A stretch of 64,000 nucleotides of DNA, taken from IMG/VR virus record IMGVR_UViG_3300022745_000001, positions 1 to 64,000 of that record; one strand, written 5' to 3'. Each line of letters opens with the position of its first letter. Within the stretch, counting starts at the first letter, position 1. The translations under genes and the position numbers were made by a program. Origin of the DNA: a virus. The notes below the pieces were generated by a model. The model ran no database searches, was not told where the DNA came from, and saw only the letters and a list, made by a program, of their open reading frames with translations. Positions 18,132 through 27,059 of the stretch are shown here, one piece after another.

Positions 18132-18466
18132 GCTCCGACCTCCTCCAAGACAAAAGTCACTGCGACAGACGCGGCCACACTCAAGTTTACGACCAATGTG
18201 CCGTCCACCGGCCCTGTCATCTGCTGGCGCTTGCTCAGCGCATAGACCCGGAACTTCTCGGTGCCGCCAAGGATGATCTTGATCAGCGGAGACGCCGAGG
18301 AGCCGGGGTCAGTGATGGCATACGACCAATAGACCCGGATGCGCTTGCCTGCGGACGGGGTGTACACAACGGTGTCACCGGAAGCAGTAACGGTAGCCAC
18401 CACATGGGTGAACTCGTAGTTACCGCTGTCCAGCCCTTGGACATAGGTTACACCGCTGGTAGACAC
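18128..18466 (-). CDS. hypothetical virion protein
   Basis: 112-aa ORF within the co-oriented late block. Confidence 0.6.
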   Translation of the reverse strand: MSTSGVTYVQGLDSGNYEFTHVVATVTASGDTVVYTPSAGKRIRVYWSYAITDPGSSASPLIKIILGGTEKFRVYALSKRQQMTGPVDGTLVVNLSVAASVAVTFVLEEVGA

Positions 18467-18469
18467 ACC

Positions 18470-18985
18470 TTACCCCAGCTTTTCGCGCAGCTTGTCCAAA
18501 GCCTTCTGTGCCAGTGCTTCGCGGTTGGTCAGCTCGGCAATCGACTTCTCCAGCTCAGCCGCGCGGGCAGCAGCGTCGGCTTCCACCGCCTCGATACGCT
18601 CTTTAGCCTGCAGTTCAGCTTGGTTTGCGCGGGCGTTGTGCTCAATTACGGCCGCGTCAGCGGCGTACTTGGCAGCGGCAGTGGCGTCGGCAGCGGCTTC
18701 CTGATCGGCAGCCAGCTTGGTTCGGGTGCGCTCGATCTCTGCACGTAGGGCTTCCTGCTGATCCAGCAGGCCGGTAATGACACCGTTCTGCTCAGTGATA
18801 CGGCGGTCAGCCTCATCGTACGCCTTCTGCACTTCGGCTTTCGCCTTCTCGATGTCTGCCTGATAGGCGGCCATCGTGCGATCCATGTCGGCCTTCTTCT
18901 CCAGCATTTCGACCACCTGTGGAATGGCCTCCATGATGGGAGAAAGCATCGAATGGAACAGTTTGATTGATGCCATGTCAGCCAT
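18470..18985 (-). CDS. coiled-coil protein (assembly or decoration candidate)
   Basis: 171-aa ORF with long Ala/Glu/Lys heptad-like stretches. Confidence 0.6.
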   Translation of the reverse strand: MADMASIKLFHSMLSPIMEAIPQVVEMLEKKADMDRTMAAYQADIEKAKAEVQKAYDEADRRITEQNGVITGLLDQQEALRAEIERTRTKLAADQEAAADATAAAKYAADAAVIEHNARANQAELQAKERIEAVEADAAARAAELEKSIAELTNREALAQKALDKLREKLG

Positions 18986-18987
18986 CG

Positions 18988-19326
18988 TTATTCTCCAGAC
19001 ATACCTGCTTGGATCACGGTCATGGTGACAGTGCCAGAGGTGTAGAGTGTTACGTTCAGGCGAATAGCCGTCACTGGCACGACGATATTACCGTCAGCCG
19101 ATGTTGTCTTTGCCGCCAGCGTGGCGTGGTCAAACCACGTTGCCGTAGAGGCATTGAACGTAGCCGCTTGCACATCATCGTAGGTGTACTGCACCTTGTA
19201 CGTCAGGGACGCACCAGCAGACAAAGCACACCCGATGCCGATGTTGAACGGCGTACGGTAGTTGTCGAGGGGAATGACATTGGAGGTCGTTGCCGACCCC
19301 ACCGTCACACGTACGGGTTGTGCCAT
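18988..19326 (-). CDS. hypothetical virion protein
   Basis: 112-aa ORF. Confidence 0.6.
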   Translation of the reverse strand: MAQPVRVTVGSATTSNVIPLDNYRTPFNIGIGCALSAGASLTYKVQYTYDDVQAATFNASTATWFDHATLAAKTTSADGNIVVPVTAIRLNVTLYTSGTVTMTVIQAGMSGE

Positions 19327-19339
19327 GTCAGGCTCCTAA

Positions 19340-19828
19340 TTAAGCTGTAGCTGCGCCGCCGTTAGGAACGTAGTAGTACAGGTGACCGGTCAGAGAACCG
19401 CCGGTAGGTGCACCGGTCAGTGCGCCCGTCAGGGTCATCAGGGAAGTGGTGCTCAGCGCCGCGCCGATGTTGGCACCGGCAGTTGCCGAAGCGATGTTCA
19501 CCACGGCAGCGGTGGACACGGAGGGGACTGCATTGCCCAGAGCGGTAGCGGTGTTGGTGCCGGTAGCGTTGACACGCAGGCCCAAGTTCAGGGTAGGCGT
19601 GGTACCGCCGGTCACAGCGGGCTTGATGTCGAAGAACGCAACTTCAGCGCCAGCGGGCAGAACCACCGGGTTGGTATTGCTTGCGCCGATCTGGACGGCC
19701 GTATTGGCAGTCTGCTGGGTGCTGGGCATATAGAACTCAGCGACCATCAGCATGTCGCCAGCATAGGCGGTCTTGGTTGTGTCGCCGCCGAACGAACGCC
19801 ATGCGGATTGGGTGGTGGAAGTAGCCAT
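19340..19828 (-). CDS. hypothetical virion protein (beta-rich; decoration candidate)
   Basis: 162-aa ORF with RBS GTAGGAG. Confidence 0.6.
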   Translation of the reverse strand: MATSTTQSAWRSFGGDTTKTAYAGDMLMVAEFYMPSTQQTANTAVQIGASNTNPVVLPAGAEVAFFDIKPAVTGGTTPTLNLGLRVNATGTNTATALGNAVPSVSTAAVVNIASATAGANIGAALSTTSLMTLTGALTGAPTGGSLTGHLYYYVPNGGAATA

Positions 19829-19914
19829 GAATAACTCCTACGTTGAGGTGCTGCAATCTCGTAGGGAAGTCTGCCGGGACAGTTTGCAACACCGGAAAAC
19901 CCGGATGACAGATA

Positions 19915-20781
19915 CTACCCCACATCCTGCGGCTGTGCAACATACCTGAAGCTCCATCCTTTGAATGGCCCGCGCACCAGTGCCTTTCCGTCCTTCAGTG
20001 CGCGGTTTACAGTCGGCGGCTTCAGGCCCAGCTTCTCGCGCAGTTCTTGGATGCTTGCATAGGGTGTCTCTACCCCAGCAGGGTCAGTTACGATAACCGC
20101 TTTGCGGATAGCGGCCTTGAACTCCTCCGACCGCTCTTTGCCATACCAGAAATTGCCAGCGCCTGACAGTGTGCGGGAGATTTGCATTCGCTGCGCCGTA
20201 GAAATCTCACGCCCTTTTAAGGCTAGGGAACGCTTAGCGCGGGCCTCTTCAGATACAGGACGGCCTTTGCTGGCGGCGGCGATCTTGGCTATTGCTTCGG
20301 GGGTGTGCTTCCGGTCTTTGTGCGGATAGGCGCGGTTAGCCGCTGCGATCTTGGCCTTACGCTCCTCCGGCATCGTAGTACCCCAGTTAGGGTGGTTAGC
20401 GCCTGACAGGCTGGCACTAATCTTGTCGCGTACGGCCCGTGGAACCACTGTTCCTGTTTTTGGGTTGTCTGTGCCAAACACCCCCCGCATAGGCGCACCG
20501 GCATATTTTGACCAGTTAAAGCATTCATCACTGCCAACGTGTTTATCTAGGTAGCGTTGCTCCACAGCAAACAGCAGCGTTTTGTCGGCAACTTCTTCCA
20601 GCACCTCAAAGGTGAAAGCCGCCTCACCGTACTTGGCCCACGCAGCCTGCAGGTGTTTGTTGACGTGGGTGCCTGCGCGAAGTTCCTTGCGATGCCGTGC
20701 CCACCGCTGGGCCTTGTTCATGGTACTGCCAATATAGAACTTCTGTGTTACGACACAGGTAATTTTGTAAATGATGCTCAT
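19915..20781 (-). CDS. free-standing GIY-YIG homing endonuclease with NUMOD3-like repeats
   Basis: 288 aa. IYKITCVVTQKFYIGST...RWARH...FEVLEEV (GIY-YIG core), then repeated ...HPNWG...EERKAKIAAAN, ...EAIAKIAAASKGRP, ...RAKRSLALKGR segments. Confidence 0.85.
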   Translation of the reverse strand: MSIIYKITCVVTQKFYIGSTMNKAQRWARHRKELRAGTHVNKHLQAAWAKYGEAAFTFEVLEEVADKTLLFAVEQRYLDKHVGSDECFNWSKYAGAPMRGVFGTDNPKTGTVVPRAVRDKISASLSGANHPNWGTTMPEERKAKIAAANRAYPHKDRKHTPEAIAKIAAASKGRPVSEEARAKRSLALKGREISTAQRMQISRTLSGAGNFWYGKERSEEFKAAIRKAVIVTDPAGVETPYASIQELREKLGLKPPTVNRALKDGKALVRGPFKGWSFRYVAQPQDVG

Positions 20782-20822
20782 GGGTACTCCGGTGTTATTA
20801 ACTGATAGTGTAACACAGAGCT

Positions 20823-20850
20823 AAAAGAAAAGGGGCCGAAGCCCCTTTTC
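20823..20850 (-). terminator. intrinsic terminator downstream of the capsid gene
   Basis: Minus strand reads GAAAAGGGGC-TTCG-GCCCCTTTTCTTTT: a GC stem with a tetraloop and a T-run. Confidence 0.7.
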
Positions 20851-20855
20851 TGCGT

Positions 20856-20881
20856 AAAAACGACGTTTTATTGTCGTTTTT
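20856..20881 (-). terminator. weak hairpin/T-run immediately after the capsid stop
   Basis: AAAACGAC-N8-GTCGTTTTT. Short stem, so low confidence. Confidence 0.3.
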
Positions 20882-20892
20882 AGCCGTTTCGC

Positions 20893-21804
20893 TTAGAACG
20901 AACCGGGACTGCCATAAACCCCGAGCGGATCGCTCACGCCAAACGAGTAGCGCTCACGAGCCTTGTAGCGAACGTTCCCTGTATCAAAGTCACCGTCCAT
21001 TCCGGTAGACATGGGGGTACGAACGAAGTGCTTCAGGCCGTTGGGCACATCAGTGATCAGGAACCAAGCGTTGGTGTCTGTCAAGAAGTGGTTGACGGTA
21101 TATCCATCGGGGATCGAGCCGTTGTTCTTGATGGCGTTGATGTCGTTGTCGGTAGTGCCAACACGCAGGTTGGTTTCCAGCAGACGAGTAGCAACGAACA
21201 TCAAAGCAGGCGGGATCACCAGCTTCTTGGGCTTAGCAGCGATCAGCAGACCGCGCTCATCAGTCCACGCAGCGATCTGGATCACAGCGTTTTCCAACGA
21301 GGTTTCGTTCAGGTCAACACCGGTTGCGGGACGGTTGCTGTTGGTAGCACCGTTGACCAGCGGGTGGGCTGTCGAGAACAGAACCTGACCGTCACCGTAG
21401 GTGGGGCCACCAGCGAAGCCGTTGTTCAGCACATAGGCACCCTTGACTTGCTTGGTGTACGCCATACCGCGAGCCAAGCCCTTGGTGTAACGTGCAGACA
21501 GGCTATCGTACAGGTTGTCTTCCACCGCTTCTTCAGTGATGGAGAAACCCATTGCGATGGTTTCGTGGGTGTAACGTGCAGTCCATGCTTCTTGCGCGTT
21601 GTCGTAAGCGATGGCGGAACCTTCGCTCTTGACAGGGGCCGCGCCGAAACCGGCCAGCTTGGTTTCTTCTTCAAAAGAACGCTCGGAAGTCTCGATGTCG
21701 TAGACTTCCTTGTGCTCTTCGCCATAGCGGGCGTACTCCAGACCGAACAGAGCGTTCAAACCGGGCAGCAGTTCCTTCAGGAGTTGCGAACGTGAAATAG
21801 CCAT
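20893..21804 (-). CDS. major capsid protein (HK97-fold type, by position and pattern)
   Basis: 303-aa ORF after the scaffold and followed by terminators. The N-terminal pattern LKELLPGLNALFG...YDIETSERSFEEE resembles capsid families I know. Confidence 0.7.
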   Translation of the reverse strand: MAISRSQLLKELLPGLNALFGLEYARYGEEHKEVYDIETSERSFEEETKLAGFGAAPVKSEGSAIAYDNAQEAWTARYTHETIAMGFSITEEAVEDNLYDSLSARYTKGLARGMAYTKQVKGAYVLNNGFAGGPTYGDGQVLFSTAHPLVNGATNSNRPATGVDLNETSLENAVIQIAAWTDERGLLIAAKPKKLVIPPALMFVATRLLETNLRVGTTDNDINAIKNNGSIPDGYTVNHFLTDTNAWFLITDVPNGLKHFVRTPMSTGMDGDFDTGNVRYKARERYSFGVSDPLGVYGSPGSF

Positions 21805-21817
21805 TTTGCTTTACTCC

Positions 21818-22441
21818 TTAGACGCCAGTAGCGAGGTTGTAGGAATGCGCACCGCTGTTCCAACGAACCAGCAGTTCTGGGAATGTATCGTTTTCAGTAC
21901 CGGGGACGATACCGATGATACGCATTGCCAAGGTGGCGGTAGAAGCCAGCGAAGCACCGTTGGTACCAACCACAGCGTTGACTGCGGAGTTACCAGTTGC
22001 GGTGGAACCAGCACTGAAGTTACCCAGAGCCACGTTCTTGCCGACAGCGCCAGCAGCACCGTTGGTCAGCGTACCGAAGGCTGCGGAGCCTTGGACTTGC
22101 ATGACCAGATCGTAGTCATCAGCAACGTAGATGTACACGTTGGTGTAGCCGTTGGTGATGGCGTTGGCCGGAACGTACTGTGCCCAGATCGACTGACCTG
22201 TGGTGGGCAAAGTGTAGCGGCAGCCGGTCATCACACCCACAACGCCAGCGGTAGTACCGGTGGTGATGGTGGCGGTCAGGGCTTGGGGGTTGCCAGCAGC
22301 GGTGAGCTGGATAATGTCGCCGTTGAACAAACCAGCGGTATTGTTCGTAGACAGCTTGATTTCGCGGACAGAACCCGCGTAGGACTGACCACCGGTAAGC
22401 GATACCGGCTTCAGGCCATAGGGAGAAGACACTGATGCCAT
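21818..22441 (-). CDS. second capsid-associated protein (decoration/cement candidate)
   Basis: 207-aa beta-rich ORF directly upstream of the capsid gene. Confidence 0.4.
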   Translation of the reverse strand: MASVSSPYGLKPVSLTGGQSYAGSVREIKLSTNNTAGLFNGDIIQLTAAGNPQALTATITTGTTAGVVGVMTGCRYTLPTTGQSIWAQYVPANAITNGYTNVYIYVADDYDLVMQVQGSAAFGTLTNGAAGAVGKNVALGNFSAGSTATGNSAVNAVVGTNGASLASTATLAMRIIGIVPGTENDTFPELLVRWNSGAHSYNLATGV

Positions 22442-22455
22442 TTAAGACTCCTTTG

Positions 22456-22914
22456 TTAAGACCCGCGTCCGAATGTCACGCTGCTACGCTTCTCACTGAA
22501 GAGAGGCATACGCGGATCATTCTCGCGCATGAAGTTGTTATCCACGGACGCCATCTGGTTATCGGTTTGGTTCCGATAGTACGCAGAACGCTGTTCCATG
22601 AACTCGGCCGGGATTTTGCACAACATCAGTCCACCCACAACTACGCTGTCAGGGAAGCGGTCGTTTTTACCGCCGCTGCTGTACAGGCCCAGTTCGGGAT
22701 GGGCGGATGCCTTCACAGGCTCCCAACCTTCACGCAGTTTTGCAGAAATGTTCATTGGGTCGTCATTGTTGAGCGTACTCAGACGAATCCAACGGAAAGT
22801 AAAGCCCGGCTCGGGAGTCGGATCAGGCAGGAGCGCAGGCGGTGCCCATGATTTGGCACGCTCGGTTGTTTCGCGCTTGTCCAGACTACGTGGTTGTCGA
22901 GTTTGTTCCGTCAT
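22456..22914 (-). CDS. hypothetical head-module protein
   Basis: 152-aa ORF. 4-nt overlap with the scaffold gene. Confidence 0.6.
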   Translation of the reverse strand: MTEQTRQPRSLDKRETTERAKSWAPPALLPDPTPEPGFTFRWIRLSTLNNDDPMNISAKLREGWEPVKASAHPELGLYSSGGKNDRFPDSVVVGGLMLCKIPAEFMEQRSAYYRNQTDNQMASVDNNFMRENDPRMPLFSEKRSSVTFGRGS

Positions 22915-23855
22915 TTCACATTCCTCATTTCTTCCGCAACCTTACGGGCGTACAGTTCCAATGGAACGCCGAGCCGCTTGGCGATATTTACTTGCGACTG
23001 CGTAAGTACGACTTTTCGGGGCGCTGTACTACGGGTCACAGGTGCTACTACATTTGAGCGGCGCTGAGTGTTCGCATCAGCATCGCTACCATTTCCGTTG
23101 TCAGAAAACTGTTCAGGGAAGCGTTCACGGAGGTCGGCATTCAGTCGATCGTAATACTGCTTGCTACCAGCCGGTACGCCTTCACTAACCAAGTCCTCAT
23201 GCACCCCGAGTGCGTAAGCGGTCATCCGCTTGTTGGCACCAAACCACTGATTTTCATCACGCCATTTGGCAAGATTGTTGTCAACTTGTGCAGCGGGTTG
23301 CTGACTCTGGGCGATTTGTACCTCATTTTCTGGCTGGTGTAAAGGCGTGGGGCGGTAGTTTTCAATTTTGTCCGCCTTGATCTTTGCCACCGTCATCGCT
23401 TCTTGCGCGGCCAGCATTGCCTCGGAATCAAAAGATTCTGCAGCCTCCTTGTAGCTGCGCTTGGCCTGCTCCAGCTCGCTGGCAACCACACGCTTTGCCT
23501 GCTCCAACAGCGCGGTCTGTCCTTCCGACAGTGTTCCACGCAGTTTTTTGTTCTCTTCCACAACGACTTGGGCCAGTCGCAGGGCTTCTTCCTTCTCACG
23601 CTGTGCCGCTTCTTTTGCCCGGCGTTCTTCGTGATAGCCCTTGGTGAAGTGCTGGATGCGTTTTTTGACGCTCTCGTCGTACTTACTAAGCTCTTCGTCG
23701 GTAGGGTCTTTCGGGGGGTCGATCATGGGCTTGCGGCCGCGATCTGCCTCCGGGGTATCGTCAACAATCTCCAGTTCAGGCTCCGGCGGAGCAGCCTGCT
23801 GCTTGTTTTCCACCTCGTCGGGGAACTCGAATTCAGTCTTTTCAACTTGTGCCAT
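22911..23855 (-). CDS. scaffolding protein
   Basis: 314 aa, highly charged and helical (EERRAKEAAQREKEEALRLAQVVVEENKKL). Lies between the portal and capsid genes. Confidence 0.6.
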   Translation of the reverse strand: MAQVEKTEFEFPDEVENKQQAAPPEPELEIVDDTPEADRGRKPMIDPPKDPTDEELSKYDESVKKRIQHFTKGYHEERRAKEAAQREKEEALRLAQVVVEENKKLRGTLSEGQTALLEQAKRVVASELEQAKRSYKEAAESFDSEAMLAAQEAMTVAKIKADKIENYRPTPLHQPENEVQIAQSQQPAAQVDNNLAKWRDENQWFGANKRMTAYALGVHEDLVSEGVPAGSKQYYDRLNADLRERFPEQFSDNGNGSDADANTQRRSNVVAPVTRSTAPRKVVLTQSQVNIAKRLGVPLELYARKVAEEMRNVK

Positions 23856-23864
23856 GATGCCTCC

Positions 23865-24266
23865 TTAAACGCGGGAAATGCCGCGCGGGTCTTGCACAAC
23901 CGCTTCAACGGAATCGTCGTTGACCAAACGAAATTCACGACCGTGAATCTTCATGCGCGTGCCCGTGTTGGGGCGCACGATGACGAAATCACCGATCTTG
24001 CACGAGGGGCCGGACGGGAATCGCTTCTCATCCTTGAACGCATCAGGCCCAACTTTCAAGACGAACAGCACCGGGGACAGCAGCTCTTCAAATTGGACGG
24101 TCTTGTCCGCTTTGATCAGCCCGCTATCGTACTTGTCGTCGGCCTCCGGCAGTACGCACAGGAGGTGGTAAGTGGCAGGATCAGGCAGTTGTTTTGCCTT
24201 TTCCTCTGCCGAGGTGTTCAGCACCCCGGACAGGTCTACAGCAGCGACGTTGAACTCAGTCGTCAT
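23865..24266 (-). CDS. GroES/Gp31-like co-chaperonin candidate
   Basis: 133 aa. The layout ...LLCVLP...DSGLI...VLFVLKVGPDAF...KIGDFVIV...GREFRLVNDDSVEAVV parallels GroES strand order. Confidence 0.35.
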   Translation of the reverse strand: MTTEFNVAAVDLSGVLNTSAEEKAKQLPDPATYHLLCVLPEADDKYDSGLIKADKTVQFEELLSPVLFVLKVGPDAFKDEKRFPSGPSCKIGDFVIVRPNTGTRMKIHGREFRLVNDDSVEAVVQDPRGISRV

Positions 24267-24459
24267 TTTCGGCTTCCTTTAATCTACGCAAGAGGTCGGT
24301 TACTTCCATTTGGGCGGCAGCAAGACCCCGAACCTGCCCTACCAAATTTTGATACGCTGCGTAGTCGGGTGCCGACCCCGACGACAGCGCTTGTTCAATC
24401 CCAGCAATACGTTCCTCCAATTTACGCAAGAGGAGCTGGAGAATTTTGTCGTCCATCAT
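24256..24459 (-). CDS. small hypothetical protein
   Basis: 67-aa helical ORF, overlapping both neighbours. Confidence 0.55.
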   Translation of the reverse strand: MMDDKILQLLLRKLEERIAGIEQALSSGSAPDYAAYQNLVGQVRGLAAAQMEVTDLLRRLKEAENDD

Positions 24460-27050
24460 TCAGCCTTTTTCGGTGCTGGTTTAGCCTTGGCCGCAGCGGC
24501 GGCCGCTGCTTTCATCTGTTCGAGCCGGGCCTCGTGGGCAGCCTGCGCGTGTAAGGCTTTTTGCGAAGCGGTCTGCGCGTTGGTGTGCAGGTTCAGCGCG
24601 TGCTGTTGTCCTTGCTGCTGTAGGCTCGCCAGATGCGCCTGTTGTGCCATTGCCAACTCTTGTGCGTGCTTTTGTGCCAGTTGTTGCTGCTCTTGCTGCT
24701 GTGCAGCAAGCTCTTGCGCGTGGCGCTGGGCTACCATCTCTGGCGTCTCCTGCGGCGCTTGTTGCCCCATCTTCATCTGCAGTTCTTGCGCTTTGAGTTG
24801 CAGGTCGCCCTTTGCCTTCATGGCTTTGGTGTCGGCATCCTGCTTCTTGATCTGCAGTTCCTGCATCTGCATCTGAATGATCGGGTCTTGGGCTTGCTGT
24901 TGTGCCTGCTGTTGTGCGGCCTGGGCTTGGTGCTGCTGCAAGAGCTGCACAGCGGCCTGCGCCATCAACTTGGACACCTGCGCTTCGATCTGCGGCTCCA
25001 TCTCTGTATCCGGGGCGGGCAGCGTAGCACCCAACTGCTCTTGCAGTTTGACACGGTACTGGAACGCCAAGTGTTCAGCAATGTGGGCCATGATGGCGGC
25101 CTGAATCTGCTGGGCCATCGGGTTTTGCCCCAACTGTGCCATCACCATTGGGTCTTGCATCATGCTGCTGTGCACGGCAATGTGGGCATCGTGATCTTGG
25201 GCGATGAACGCCTTTGTCGGCTTGCCCGTGATCAGCGACATATTCTCCGATACCGGGTCGCGCGGCAACTGGTCGTCATCGGTCGGCACCAGCTCTTCGG
25301 CGTTCTTGATGCCCAGCACCTCCAGCATCTGGCGGTGCAGCTTGGGCAGGTTGTAAATCTGGGGAGCGCCTTGGGCCAACTGGATAGCGGCTTGGTACTG
25401 CATGATCCGCTGCGCCATCGTGGCGCTGTTCGGATCGCTGACCGGTATGACATCCACCATGTCGTAGTCGGCCTGCTTGGCTTTGCGGTCGCCTTCCTGC
25501 GGGTCGAAGCTGTATTCCTTGGGGGTATAGTCGCGGATGATCGCCTTCAGGAGCTTCAACTCCTGCTTGAAGCTGAAGTGCACACGCGCCTGCACGGCTG
25601 TCATCGTCTTGAGCTGGCGCTCCAGCAGTGCCAGCGTGGTGCCTACCGGCGCTTGACTCGACATATCGCTGATCTGCATGTCAGCGATCGCACCCAGACG
25701 GCGGCCCTCATCGGTGATCTTGTCCAGCAGCCCGGCCAGAACCGCGCTCGGTTCTTTGTACGGCAGCGGCATGATGTTGTCGCGCAGCGTACCGCTTGGA
25801 ATGTCCACGTCACGGAACTCACCGGGTGCGATCGGAGTGTCATCTCCCTTGGTGCGCAGCCCACGGGTTTTCATACCGCCGGGCAGGTTGGACAGGGTGC
25901 CAGCGTCCACCAACTGGCGGATGATCGACGTTCCAGCGCGGGCGTAGCCACCGATCAGATGGATCAGGCCGATGCCGTAGGCACCGAAACCGGGGATATA
26001 TGTATATTGAGCGAAGTGCTGGCGCTTGGCGAATGTGTCGTCACCCTCGTCCCAGTTCCTGCGCACCGCCAGCACCTTGGATGTCCCGCGCTCGATGGTC
26101 ACCACATATGGGTGGGCCAACGCGTTCTCGTCGTCTTCACCGGTGTAGCCAGCCTTCTTGTCACCGCCGGGCAGCACGTAGTCAACGTGGAACTCCAGAA
26201 TCTGGAAGCGGTCGTCTTCGTTCAGGGTGTACCCTTGCTCTTCCGCTTTCTTCTTCTCGATGTCCGTGTGGAACATCACCGGCTCGCCCAAGTCCACGCT
26301 ACGGTAGAACCCAGCGGCCTGCAGCCGCTTGATCTCGTTCTTGGTCTTGCGCATCATCTGCGTCAGGCGCTCTGCCGTGAACGCATCGGACGTACCGTAC
26401 GGCAGGATGATGTCTTCGGCTTGCACAAACACACTCGTTTGCCGTTTTTTGGCCGGGTCGTAGTAGACCTTCTTGAACGCCGCGCCGCCCAACCCGAGGT
26501 TGAACAGCATCTTCTCGTGCTCCGGGCGGAACTCCGGCATCTCTTCGGTGAGCTGGAAGTTCATGTCTTCAGCCACGCGCTCGGCCGCGTCTTCCTTCTC
26601 CGGTGTCTGTGCCCCGATGATCTCTGTGAGCACCGGGCCTTTGGCCGGAAACGTTTCAAGAATCGTATCAGCTTGGAACCGAATTGCCGCTTCGGTGAGG
26701 ATCGTGGAGTACACGCCGCACGCGCCCGACCAAGGCTCGGTGCGCTCCTCGTACTTCATCCCCAGCACCTCCATCCCCTTGACGAACATCTCAACCCAGT
26801 CGCGGCGGCTCATCACGTCTTGGTCAAACAAGTCCATCAGGTCGGAGGAAAGGGTCTGCAAGTCGGACTCGGAAAGCGTTTCAGCCAAGTTCTCACCAAA
26901 GTCGCCTTTTTCAGCCGGTTCGGTAGCATCATCCTCCGGCTCCCCGGCCAGAATTATGGTTATGCTGCCTTCCGCGTCGGGTGTCATGCTGTCTTCTTGC
27001 AGGCCCAACGGTGCTTGGGAAAGGGCGGCGGTCATGGAATTTGAGGCCAT
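24456..27050 (-). CDS. portal protein with a long Gln/Ala-rich helical C-terminal extension
   Basis: 864-aa ORF immediately downstream of TerL. The last ~190 aa are Q/A/K-rich. Confidence 0.8.
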   Translation of the reverse strand: MASNSMTAALSQAPLGLQEDSMTPDAEGSITIILAGEPEDDATEPAEKGDFGENLAETLSESDLQTLSSDLMDLFDQDVMSRRDWVEMFVKGMEVLGMKYEERTEPWSGACGVYSTILTEAAIRFQADTILETFPAKGPVLTEIIGAQTPEKEDAAERVAEDMNFQLTEEMPEFRPEHEKMLFNLGLGGAAFKKVYYDPAKKRQTSVFVQAEDIILPYGTSDAFTAERLTQMMRKTKNEIKRLQAAGFYRSVDLGEPVMFHTDIEKKKAEEQGYTLNEDDRFQILEFHVDYVLPGGDKKAGYTGEDDENALAHPYVVTIERGTSKVLAVRRNWDEGDDTFAKRQHFAQYTYIPGFGAYGIGLIHLIGGYARAGTSIIRQLVDAGTLSNLPGGMKTRGLRTKGDDTPIAPGEFRDVDIPSGTLRDNIMPLPYKEPSAVLAGLLDKITDEGRRLGAIADMQISDMSSQAPVGTTLALLERQLKTMTAVQARVHFSFKQELKLLKAIIRDYTPKEYSFDPQEGDRKAKQADYDMVDVIPVSDPNSATMAQRIMQYQAAIQLAQGAPQIYNLPKLHRQMLEVLGIKNAEELVPTDDDQLPRDPVSENMSLITGKPTKAFIAQDHDAHIAVHSSMMQDPMVMAQLGQNPMAQQIQAAIMAHIAEHLAFQYRVKLQEQLGATLPAPDTEMEPQIEAQVSKLMAQAAVQLLQQHQAQAAQQQAQQQAQDPIIQMQMQELQIKKQDADTKAMKAKGDLQLKAQELQMKMGQQAPQETPEMVAQRHAQELAAQQQEQQQLAQKHAQELAMAQQAHLASLQQQGQQHALNLHTNAQTASQKALHAQAAHEARLEQMKAAAAAAAKAKPAPKKAE

Positions 27051-27059
27051 ACGGGTTCC

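Noticed and set aside
24633-27044. 803-aa plus-strand ORF, with further long mirror ORFs at 23403-24554 (+), 15104-15865 (+), 33295-34434 (-), 36994-38277 (-), 52192-53526 (-), 57933-58742 (-) and 61619-62680 (+)
   Set aside because: Each lies antisense to a gene with clear motifs (portal, scaffold, repeat protein, acidic protein, AAA ATPase, SNF2 helicase, primase, giant protein). Their translations are Arg/Leu/His/Gln-rich low-complexity sequence, typical of the antisense frame in GC-rich DNA. They lack an RBS and break the operon logic.
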